NCBI GenBank assembly: GCA_048938295.1
Contig: JBHLMI010000011.1
Location: forward strand, 1 to 32,000
Direction: 5' to 3'
DNA: 32,000 nucleotides
From: Promethearchaeota archaeon
Lineage (GTDB): Archaea > Asgardarchaeota > Hermodarchaeia > Hermodarchaeales > Hermodarchaeaceae
Under the pieces are notes generated by a model that had not been told where the DNA came from, did no database searches, and was given only the letters and a program-made list of their open reading frames with translations. Positions 1-8,062 of this stretch are shown here, in pieces; the stretch's first letter is position 1; each line of letters starts with the position of its first letter. Position numbers and translations under genes: made by a program.

Positions 1-140
1 ATTACCAGCTAATCACATCCTTCTTCGGAACCAAACGCAAAAGCCGAGTGAAGCAATATATGATCGTCTTGCTTTTTGCCCTCTCCTCTTGTCTTCTCAA
101 TGGGCAAATCGTTTTTCGACAAATGCAAAGTTTCTCTGTG
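1..140 (-). pseudogene. possible decayed IS701-like (DDE) transposase C-terminal fragment, running off the window edge
   Basis: Minus strand reads IEKTRGEGKKQDDHILL..AF in one frame and LLRLV...ISW* in another. This resembles my recollection of the IS701-type C-terminus (GIEKCQ.R...Q.NHI...RAFLRLE...GISWY), but only with several frameshifts. Confidence 0.3.
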
Positions 141-241
141 GGGGCCTCGAATAATACTCCTATCTGAGAATTAAATTTTCGTGCATTCTTTTACATTGCA
201 GTAGACTATTTTTTGAAGTGTTATTAGCGTTTTTTCCTTCT

Positions 242-255
242 TTCGAAGACGTATT
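242..255 (+). repeat. dispersed polar repeat, left box only (TTCGAAGACGTATT)
   Basis: Exact left box; shares TCGAAGACGTATT with the copy at 2183. A degenerate right half (CAGAAACGTGTTGTTTTTCAT, ~287-307) is possible. Confidence 0.5.
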
Positions 256-458
256 CGCTTAGGGGAAAGGAATAGCTACATTTTGTCAGAAACGTGTTGT
301 TTTTCATGTGATAATCCAACTATTTCCGCATAAATCGTAGAGTAGACCTGTTCGCAAAGGAGAGTCCGTTTTCTCTTTTGCCGGGCTGTATATGCCCAAA
401 TAACAAAAAGGAGTGGGAGAAATGGAGTACTGAATTCAAATAAGGAGACCTTGATTTC

Positions 459-1295
459 GTGGAAGATATTATCCTGAGGTATACTACAGCGGACGACGAA
501 AAGGTACAGGTTCAGATTCCTCCAAATAAAACTGATATCACGTTCTATGGTCGCGATATTGTTGAGTTGGACCTCTCGCCTATTAACCGGCGTACCGAAA
601 TTGAAGAGCTAGATTTGCGAAGAAACCAATTGACCAAAATTGACCTTAAACCACTTCAACACTGTCCAAACTTGAAGAACTTGCGGTTAAGCGGGAATCA
701 GTTAACTCAACTCGATCTAGGTTCGCTTGAGCATTGTTTGCGATTACGGAGACTGGGATTAAGTAATAATCAATTAGTGGAGATTGATTTGACTGCATTA
801 CAAACATGTACGAAACTCCGAGAACTTCATTTGTCAGCTAATCAATTACAGAAAATTGATCTTTCCTCCCTTCTTCAATGTACGGACCTTCAAGAAGTGT
901 GGCTTAATTGGAACGCACTTAGAGAAATCGATTTAACCCCAGTTGGGCAGTGGAGTCATCTAGAGGATCTGATTCTGGATCGGAATCAGTTGCGGGAAAT
1001 TAATTTGGCACCATTAAAGCTGTGTACAGACCTTCGAACTCTCAAATTAGGAGAAAATCAATTAACCTCCATTGATTTAGAACCACTTCGAAATTGCCCA
1101 AAGCTAGAACTCTTGTATTTAGCGGCTAACCCATTTGAGAAGATTGATTTATCACCGCTTTTTTCGTGTCCAGTTTTAGGACTATTTTCACTGAATTCAG
1201 ATATTGAGTTAGTTGCAGACGCCGCACTCAAAGACGCGAAAACCATTCCATTGGCAATTCAAGATCTGAAAGACAAAATCACTTGGCAGGATTGA
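459..1295 (+). CDS. leucine-rich repeat protein (Asgard-type, 24-aa repeats)
   Basis: About 8 tandem LxxLxLxxNQLxxIDLxPLxxCxx repeats; GTG start with AAGGAG upstream. Confidence 0.92.
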   Translation: MEDIILRYTTADDEKVQVQIPPNKTDITFYGRDIVELDLSPINRRTEIEELDLRRNQLTKIDLKPLQHCPNLKNLRLSGNQLTQLDLGSLEHCLRLRRLGLSNNQLVEIDLTALQTCTKLRELHLSANQLQKIDLSSLLQCTDLQEVWLNWNALREIDLTPVGQWSHLEDLILDRNQLREINLAPLKLCTDLRTLKLGENQLTSIDLEPLRNCPKLELLYLAANPFEKIDLSPLFSCPVLGLFSLNSDIELVADAALKDAKTIPLAIQDLKDKITWQD

Positions 1296-1703
1296 ATTAC
1301 ATCGTTCTCAGGTGGCGTGGTCCACTCCGCATATACTCATTCCTGGTCTACCAGTCCAAGTGCGTTAGTTTTGTAACCGCCGATATTACGGCCGTAAATC
1401 TCTCATACACTATTCTTCTCTATCCATGTTTTCGTACTCTTCAGACCACCCGATATCGGTTCTTTTGACACGTTCACCTGAGATTAGCACATATTCACGG
1501 TTCTTGCGAGCGCGTGGTCGACGATCCAAATCCCGCATAACCCGTCCGTCAGTTTGTTCATCATCATTTGTTTCTTCGTTCATATTCTATCAGCTCCTGT
1601 ATTAGTTATGAATTGAGAGCCAGTCTCAGCGCCCTATTTGGACTATACCTTATTGTTCAGCAGAGAGTGGGGTGGCTGAGACTGGATTAGGGTGATTGGT
1701 AGT

Positions 1704-1898
1704 TTATTCCACCACAACGTTTGTGGCTTTTGGCCCGCGGTCGCCGGCTTCGATTTTAAAGCTGACGTTGTCGCCTTCTCTAAGCAGGTTAGCGCCTTCG
1801 ACTTCGCTGCCGTGTACGAATACGTCGGTGCCTGTTTTGCGTTCGATGAAGCCGTAATTACGGTCGGGATTAAACCATTTGACTGTGCCTTTTACCAT
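1704..1898 (-). CDS. cspA: cold-shock domain protein (CspA family)
   Basis: KGTVKWFN, RNP1 YGFI, RNP2 VFVH, GPKATNV. True start is probably the ATG at 1898, because the GTG at 1907 lies inside the GAGGTGA RBS. Symbol is family level only. Confidence 0.93.
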   Translation of the reverse strand: MVKGTVKWFNPDRNYGFIERKTGTDVFVHGSEVEGANLLREGDNVSFKIEAGDRGPKATNVVVE

Positions 1899-2182
1899 AG
1901 TGTTCACCTCGATTCACTTGAGTTGAGATGGCGTTATCTCTCAGGGATAGGTGGCTGTGTCACGCAACCGTGCTGTTCCGTTGAATGTAATTCGGGGGAA
2001 TAGCTGCCTAGCACGATAAGCTAAAGCTCTTTAAAAAACGAAACTAAATCCTATTTGCTAACAACAAGTGGAAAGCCCGAGAGTGCTTATAGGTGTTGCT
2101 CTTCCTTGTATGTGACAGAAGTTTGCCCACAATTGGGTACTCCAGGTGGTTTCAGGTGCGTTATATGTTCGCATGAATGACT

Positions 2183-2240
2183 ATCGAAGACGTATTTGTG
2201 ATTCTTCATTAATGAGCTGAAAGATGTTTGAGTTCACATC
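2183..2240 (+). repeat. dispersed polar repeat copy (25-nt spacer class)
   Basis: ATCGAAGAC-GTATT-TG...CTGAAAGATGTTTGAGTTCACATC. Confidence 0.75.
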
Positions 2241-2332
2241 CTTGCTTGCTGAATTGAGTGTTTCAGGATAGTGCTAAGTTCGTAAATCTGTTCATTGTAA
2301 TGCCTACATGATGACTATGTGGGCCGAGTGGT

Positions 2333-3274
2333 TTAGGAGTGAGGGTGGTAGGATAGTGCGATTTGGATTTCTTCGATGTTTGCGTGTTGTTCGGCTAAAA
2401 GGGGTGCAGTATATTCGCTGGTTGAGAAGAAAATCTGTTCTCTGAGTGGGAGATCGGTCCATCCCGCGGCGACGGTTTCCTTGGCGAGTTCTATTAGCAA
2501 GCGTTTCCAAGCGGCTCGATAACCGGGTCGGACGGCGCGGAATCGCATTATGGCTCGTTCTTCCTTGCCTCTCAGAAAAATCCCATCGGGTTTGAATCTG
2601 AGGGGCGCGCTGGCGGCCACGATTTGATCTCCTTCGAACACCATGACTGCGTGCCCGTCTTTGAGGACTCGGTCTTTAAAGTAGCTCTCCCATGCTTCTT
2701 GGGTTGGGAAAGCATTGCGGGTATTGGGATCCGACTGGCAGACTTCAATTAGCCGAGTAATATCTTTACTTGTGGCCACTTGACTACGAAAGGAGCGAAT
2801 ATCTTCGGTTAGTTTCCATTCACTAACCTCCTTCACATCATAGTCTAGGGCATAGAGGAACACTCGCTCTTTCTCGGTGAAGCCGTTCTCTGTGAAAAAC
2901 CGGATTTGTTCATCAGCTATCTTTGAAGCCAATACTACTCCGGTAACGATTTCTTGAATTTTCTTGTTCTCTTTGATGTAGCTAATGAGGTCCTTGAAGA
3001 TTTTTTCTTGGACATTGGAGGGGCATCCGGGTAAAGCCCAAGGATAACCCATGCCAATCGTCCAGGGTTGGGAATCAGAGCCACTTGCTGAGATGTAGGC
3101 GAGTGGCTCGTCTTTTTCCGTAAACGCAAACCGCATCAGTTTTGGATCGCGATTTAGGGCTTGCAATCTGATCTGGTCCGCGGTCACGGGAAGACCTGAA
3201 GCCGTGGTGTAAATCTTGGCCCTTACTTCTTCTAGGTTCTGCTCTGGTTCATAATGACGATAAATGACTTTCAT
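2333..3274 (-). CDS. hypothetical protein, possible tandem GNAT-like acyltransferase fold
   Basis: 313-aa ORF with GGAGG RBS; two GNAT-like halves (FFTENGF; AVRPGYRAAWKRLL). Fold is a guess. Confidence 0.6.
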   Translation of the reverse strand: MKVIYRHYEPEQNLEEVRAKIYTTASGLPVTADQIRLQALNRDPKLMRFAFTEKDEPLAYISASGSDSQPWTIGMGYPWALPGCPSNVQEKIFKDLISYIKENKKIQEIVTGVVLASKIADEQIRFFTENGFTEKERVFLYALDYDVKEVSEWKLTEDIRSFRSQVATSKDITRLIEVCQSDPNTRNAFPTQEAWESYFKDRVLKDGHAVMVFEGDQIVAASAPLRFKPDGIFLRGKEERAIMRFRAVRPGYRAAWKRLLIELAKETVAAGWTDLPLREQIFFSTSEYTAPLLAEQHANIEEIQIALSYHPHS

Positions 3275-3455
3275 GTTCTATCAACCTCCTTACGTGGTGT
3301 CTTTATGATATCGATTCTTAGATTATGGACATTATGTATTGGGAATGGTTAAAACATTCTCAGGTATTGAGAAAATTACATTCTTCAGTTATAAAAACAT
3401 GATGAAACCGGATGCCAATTATTATCCGAACATCCGCAAACTCCGATAATATCGT

Positions 3456-4088
3456 CTAAGCTTCCTTTGTTTCTCCCCATCTTTCAAAATGCACCTTCTT
3501 TTGTAGTGACACCGGTTTTTGTTTTATAACGTGTTTATGTGGGTACCCGATTGGGATTATAGCGGCGATTTCGTAACCCTCGGGAATATTCAACGCTTTT
3601 TTGAGATCGACCGTATCGTAGGGTATCTTGGTCACGCCATACAACCCCTCTGCCGCCATCGCTAACAAAATATTTTCAATACAACACCACACGGAAGCGA
3701 AACTATTCAAGTCGAAAAGGGTTTTACAATTCTCGAGAGATTTTCTCATTCTAAAACAGACGATAAGCACTTCAGGTGCACTCAATAGCATTCTTTTCTG
3801 GACGGGCAACGCCTTTAGATACATCTCTTTCTCTAACTGATCAGTCATCCCCTCAGTCCATTCGTTAATCTCTTCACCTGAAAAATCGTGTGAACTCGGC
3901 TCCAACTCGAGAACTTCTTTCCTTCGTTCAATATTCTTCAGTAGAATAAATTCCCATTCTCTTTGATGATTATGCGTCGGAGCTTTCAATCCAGCATCTA
4001 AGACTCGTAGAAGTTTCTCCTTTTCCACCGGTTTAGCCTGAAACTCTCGGATACTCCGCCTCTTCTTGAGAACATTATAAAAATCCAT
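3456..4088 (-). CDS. nitroreductase family protein
   Basis: N-terminal KRRSIREF, APTHNHQREWEF, ENILLAMAAEGLYG and IPIGYP motifs. Confidence 0.92.
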   Translation of the reverse strand: MDFYNVLKKRRSIREFQAKPVEKEKLLRVLDAGLKAPTHNHQREWEFILLKNIERRKEVLELEPSSHDFSGEEINEWTEGMTDQLEKEMYLKALPVQKRMLLSAPEVLIVCFRMRKSLENCKTLFDLNSFASVWCCIENILLAMAAEGLYGVTKIPYDTVDLKKALNIPEGYEIAAIIPIGYPHKHVIKQKPVSLQKKVHFERWGETKEA

Positions 4089-4255
4089 GTTCCATCACCT
4101 TGGAATCCAGATATCTATTAGTAATTTCTGCTGACACAGCCCGAATTATCTTGTGAACACTTAAATTTCGTTTTTTACCTTTTGCATAGAGGTAACAACG
4201 ATCTCAACTGAAAGTAATTCAGATGTTGACAGTCTTGGTGGAAGATAGATCTGTA

Positions 4256-4600
4256 TTATGGGCTAGAGTCGCTATTCGCTTTTCTGTCAACTCGTACTTC
4301 ATAGTGTTGTGAGCGGGCATCATAGCGGGAAAGTAAGGCTCTCGCTTTCGGGGGAACCACGGCAGCTTCATAGTCTTCGCCAGCAAAGGCTCGGATGGCT
4401 TCAAGGGTGTCAAACCACATGATGGTGACGAACTCGACTTCCTTGTCAACCACCCGACGAAAGAGGTGAATGCCTCGATACCCTGCAATATGGCGGTCTT
4501 GAATCCCGTTGAATATTTCCTGTTTGAGAAGAGTTTCGTATGCGTCAGCATTTTGGGGTGTGGTCCATCCATGCCAGATTCGACTGATCATATTAATCAT
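4256..4600 (-). CDS. antibiotic biosynthesis monooxygenase (ABM)-like dimeric alpha/beta barrel protein
   Basis: MISRIWHGWT...EFVTIMWFDTLEAIRAFAGEDYEAAVVP..HYEV pattern; start may be the ATG at 4591. Confidence 0.85.
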   Translation of the reverse strand: MINMISRIWHGWTTPQNADAYETLLKQEIFNGIQDRHIAGYRGIHLFRRVVDKEVEFVTIMWFDTLEAIRAFAGEDYEAAVVPPKARALLSRYDARSQHYEVRVDRKANSDSSP

Positions 4601-4770
4601 TTCCCTGTTTGGGTAGGCTATCCTAGATTTTCACATTTGTGGGTGCTTATTGGGCTCTGATTGAACTTTAGGGTTAGAGTAGGTGAGTCTTCTCATTCAT
4701 TATGTGTCATTCTGCTATGCGTCGAGACTATTTAGTATTCTCAAAGAATTAATTTCAAGGTTATAGAAAT

Positions 4771-5076
4771 TTAGGCTAAGGGCATCACAAGATTACCCAG
4801 TATAACTCCCGCGCTCATTGCCTCCGTTGCTACAAGGCGATGAACATTATATGATCCATTTGAACCACAAGTTATTAGGAATTTAGGAGATTGTAGATAG
4901 TGCTTCTCTTTTTGAAGTAGATTCACTTCTTCTAACTCATCACGATATAATTAGCGTTTTCTCCTCAGATTTTCAAAGTCTTTTATCAGCCTATCTACGA
5001 CGTTATGAGATTCTGATAACATCTCTTCAACTAGGGCTTCTGGTAATTCAACAAATGGCTTTTCTTCCTTATTCAT
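4771..5076 (-). pseudogene. NurA-family nuclease N-terminal fragment (pseudogene)
   Basis: Hand translation: MNKEEKPFVELPEALVEEMLSESHNVVDRLIKDFENLRRKR*LYRDELEEVNLLQKEKHYLQSPKFLITCGSNGSYNVHRLVATEAMSAGVILGNLVMPLA*. In-frame TAA at 4951-4953; TCGSNGSY matches the NurA DGS catalytic motif with D>N; truncated at ~100 codons. Confidence 0.6.
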
Positions 5077-5165
5077 CAATCTCAAATTCTATAATCACGA
5101 CTTCAATGAGTATCAGTCAGTGTGAAGAATCCAATTTCAATTGCGAGAAGAGGGAGGTATTGAGA

Positions 5166-6452
5166 TTATAACGCGAGATAATGGACCAGTTGTTTTGTCA
5201 TATTGAGTAGGTCATCGATTCGGACCCATTCGTCGGGTTGGTGGGCTGAAATATTATCTAATGTTATTGCTCCAACGCCGATGAATTTGTCTGTGTTTAG
5301 TGCGTGAGCGACAAAGCCCATGTCTGTGGAGCCAGATGCACCACCATAAACAAAGTCACTGTCTTGGTAGCCGTGAACGGCTTTCAGGGCGGCTCGCATT
5401 TTTTGTGAATATTGATTTTCGGTATCGGCTTTAAAGGGGTAGTTGGCGTGGGTAAATGTAACTTCAACATCCAAGGCTTTACTGTTGGCTTGTCCTCGTT
5501 CAATGGCAGCACGAATCTCTTCAACGATATCCTCATAGTTTTCTTCTGGTATGTACCGACGATTGATGAGTAATTCACATTCTGAGGGGACAATATTGGC
5601 TTTGTTGCCTCCACTTATAATGTCAAGATTAAACATAGGTGTCATCTGATCTGAGGGGGCTCCCAAGCTTCGAAGCGCCGGAATGAGAGGAACCTTGGAT
5701 TCTCGTTTTTCTACTTCTTTTTTAAGTTTGAGCAACTCGACGAGGATGGGAACCATCTCTTCTACTGCGTTAATTCCTAGAAAGTTCATCCCAGAATGGC
5801 AACTTCGTCCTTTGGTGCGAATGGTAATATCGACCATCCCCGCTACACCACCCATGATAATTGGGAGCTGGGTGCCGAGTTCGGTATTGAGAATGTGTCC
5901 TTTCACGTACCCTTCTTTTGCTAAGTGATAAATGCCCGGGTAAACGCCAATTTCTTCATCGGTGCAAAGTGTGCAGATGAGATTGAAGTGGGGTGTAAGG
6001 TTGAGTTCATTCATGACCTCGAAGGCCACAAGCATACCCGCGATTCCCGATTTCATATCACAGGCGCCCCGGCCATACAGCTTGCCATTTTCAACAATAC
6101 CTGCAAAGGGATCCTTCGTCCAAGGCTCTTCAATGGGTACGACATCCATGTGGGCATAGATGGTGACCGCTTCTTTTTTGTCATGTTCGCGAGTGGCAAC
6201 AAGATTGATACGAGGACCTTCAAGAGGATAGGGGATTGCTTTGATATGTTCGTCCGGTACAATTACTCGTTCAGTAGTAAAGCCGAGGTTCTTGAAAAGT
6301 GGCTCCAAGAAATCGACCAAGTCTGCATAATTGTTACCTGGGGGGACAACCGTGGGAATCTTAATGCACTCTCGTAAGAGGTCGATGATCCGCTCACGTT
6401 TTTGCTCAACCGCCCTAAACACCTGTTCCACAGAGGGTTGTTTAGTGCCCAT
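5166..6452 (-). CDS. M20 family metallopeptidase/amidohydrolase (ArgE/DapE-like)
   Basis: AHMDVVP, LYGRGACDMKSG, TDEE, GRSCHSG, SAHQPDEW. Start placed at ATG 6452 after an AGGTGA RBS; the ORF is open to 6488. Confidence 0.93.
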   Translation of the reverse strand: MGTKQPSVEQVFRAVEQKRERIIDLLRECIKIPTVVPPGNNYADLVDFLEPLFKNLGFTTERVIVPDEHIKAIPYPLEGPRINLVATREHDKKEAVTIYAHMDVVPIEEPWTKDPFAGIVENGKLYGRGACDMKSGIAGMLVAFEVMNELNLTPHFNLICTLCTDEEIGVYPGIYHLAKEGYVKGHILNTELGTQLPIIMGGVAGMVDITIRTKGRSCHSGMNFLGINAVEEMVPILVELLKLKKEVEKRESKVPLIPALRSLGAPSDQMTPMFNLDIISGGNKANIVPSECELLINRRYIPEENYEDIVEEIRAAIERGQANSKALDVEVTFTHANYPFKADTENQYSQKMRAALKAVHGYQDSDFVYGGASGSTDMGFVAHALNTDKFIGVGAITLDNISAHQPDEWVRIDDLLNMTKQLVHYLAL

Positions 6453-6667
6453 GATAACAATCACCTTTGGCTGAAAGAGGTTCATCAAGCCTTATAAGCT
6501 GACCTCCTCAAGGAAGAATAGAATATTCCTCCTCTGACCCCACCAAAATGATCTGAATCTTCTCGGGGCTTTAGATATATATAGAGCCTCTAATCATAGC
6601 TGCAATGAATCTGGTTCGATGGGCTGTGGTCTGTCTTTTTAAGATTCACAACTTGTCATAGCGGTTA

Positions 6668-7915
6668 GTGGAGTGTGTTGTGATGGGTGAGTATAGTGAT
6701 GAATCATGGCGTAATTGGTGGTTAGCACCTTTTGGAATTTTTTACTTTGGACAGGGATATGCGCTGTCAGCCCTTGGCCTCTTTTTGCCCATATACCTAG
6801 TTACGGTGCTAGGTGTTCCCTTTGCGATTACTGGCTTAGCCTTAGCAGTGATTGGTATTCCGTGGATGCTTAAAATCATCTTTGGGGCCATCAGCGACTC
6901 GGTGGCGTGGGGTCGGTTTGGTCGTCGTCGTCCCTATATCATTTTAATGGCGTTACTGGCGGCAATCGGATGGGCACTAATCCCTTTCTTTCCAGAATTT
7001 AATTTGTTATTTGTCGCTATACTCTTCTTGGTTGCCCTAGCAACAGCGTTTGCTGATACCACGATTGATGGGTTTGCTGTGGATATTACGCCTTCTGATC
7101 GGCGAGGAACCTTACAGGGTATGATGTGGGGGGGAAGAGCAGCTGGATCCATTTTAGGCGCTTTAGTGACCGGCATTATCGCGCAAGCTATTGGATGGCC
7201 AATCGTCTTCTTCCTTGGAGCGATAATTCTATTAGTGATGACGGGAGTCTGCGCCCTTCTTAAGGAACCTGCAAAACCATCCGGGCATATGATGTGGAGT
7301 GCACTCAAGACTGGATTTTCGTCCAAGGGTGTATGGCTTTCGCTATTATTTACGCCGATTTTGACCATGAGTTTTGTATTTTATTTCCAATGGGGAGGGT
7401 TATTCATCGGAGAAACTGTGGCTTTAAGCTTGACAGAGATTGGTCTTGTTCTCGCCCTCATGAACACAGGAGCCGCCATTACAGGATTCCTTGGAGGACC
7501 TCTTGCAGATAAGATTGGACTCCGACGAGCCGTGGCTGGACTGGTGCTGGTACAAATTATTGGGTTGGCAGCGCTACTGTTCGTTCAACCGGGGAATCTC
7601 TATCTCGCGATTGTGATTATGTTTATTCATGGTCTGTGTTGGGGTCTGGCAAATATTGCTTGGCTTTCCCTTGCCATGGCTTCATGCCCCCGAGAAGTGG
7701 GAGGCACTTTCTTCTCAATTTATGCCATGATCTTTAACATAGGAACCATGCTTGCGGTGATTCTCAGCATTTTCATTAAACCTACCCTTGGATGGTCTGG
7801 TTTTATCCTGACCCTCATCGTCATCGTCATAATTAGCGAATTTGTTGGAATTTTAGCCGCTTCACAAGTCAAACAAGTGACCGCTATGAAAACACCACCT
7901 CCCGAAACGAGTTAG
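6668..7915 (+). CDS. MFS transporter (AmpG/BT1-like)
   Basis: About 12 hydrophobic segments; GAISDS...GRRRPY, DTTIDGFAVD and GPLADKIGLRR loop motifs. Confidence 0.9.
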   Translation: MECVVMGEYSDESWRNWWLAPFGIFYFGQGYALSALGLFLPIYLVTVLGVPFAITGLALAVIGIPWMLKIIFGAISDSVAWGRFGRRRPYIILMALLAAIGWALIPFFPEFNLLFVAILFLVALATAFADTTIDGFAVDITPSDRRGTLQGMMWGGRAAGSILGALVTGIIAQAIGWPIVFFLGAIILLVMTGVCALLKEPAKPSGHMMWSALKTGFSSKGVWLSLLFTPILTMSFVFYFQWGGLFIGETVALSLTEIGLVLALMNTGAAITGFLGGPLADKIGLRRAVAGLVLVQIIGLAALLFVQPGNLYLAIVIMFIHGLCWGLANIAWLSLAMASCPREVGGTFFSIYAMIFNIGTMLAVILSIFIKPTLGWSGFILTLIVIVIISEFVGILAASQVKQVTAMKTPPPETS

Positions 7916-8062
7916 ATACACCCAATCATTATCTATCAGGTTCAGGCAACAATATGCACACGATGCAGTGCGCGTCAACTACCACCGACTGAAGTCGCTG
8001 GTTTCCTTGACCAGGCTTCTATGATGCATATATAGGAGCCTCTAGCATAAACCCTCGGACCG

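Noticed and set aside
1296-1700. Coding-like fragments on the minus strand (e.g. GGYKTNALGLVDQE*VYAEWTTP) and ORF 1283..1468
   Set aside because: Multiple stops and no recognisable family. It may be a decayed gene but I cannot support a call.
4971-5020. TTTCAAAGTC...ATGAGA as a degenerate repeat copy
   Set aside because: Lies within the NurA-like reading frame on the other strand; match is poor and probably coincidental.
5100-5145. GTGAAGAATCCAATTTCAAT as a right half of the repeat
   Set aside because: Too divergent, and no left box at the expected spacing.
6568-6589. GGCTTTAGATATATATAGAGCC imperfect palindrome between the divergent M20 and MFS genes
   Set aside because: Adequately explained as a shared TATA region; single instance and only a half match to the TATATC-N6-GATATA motif.
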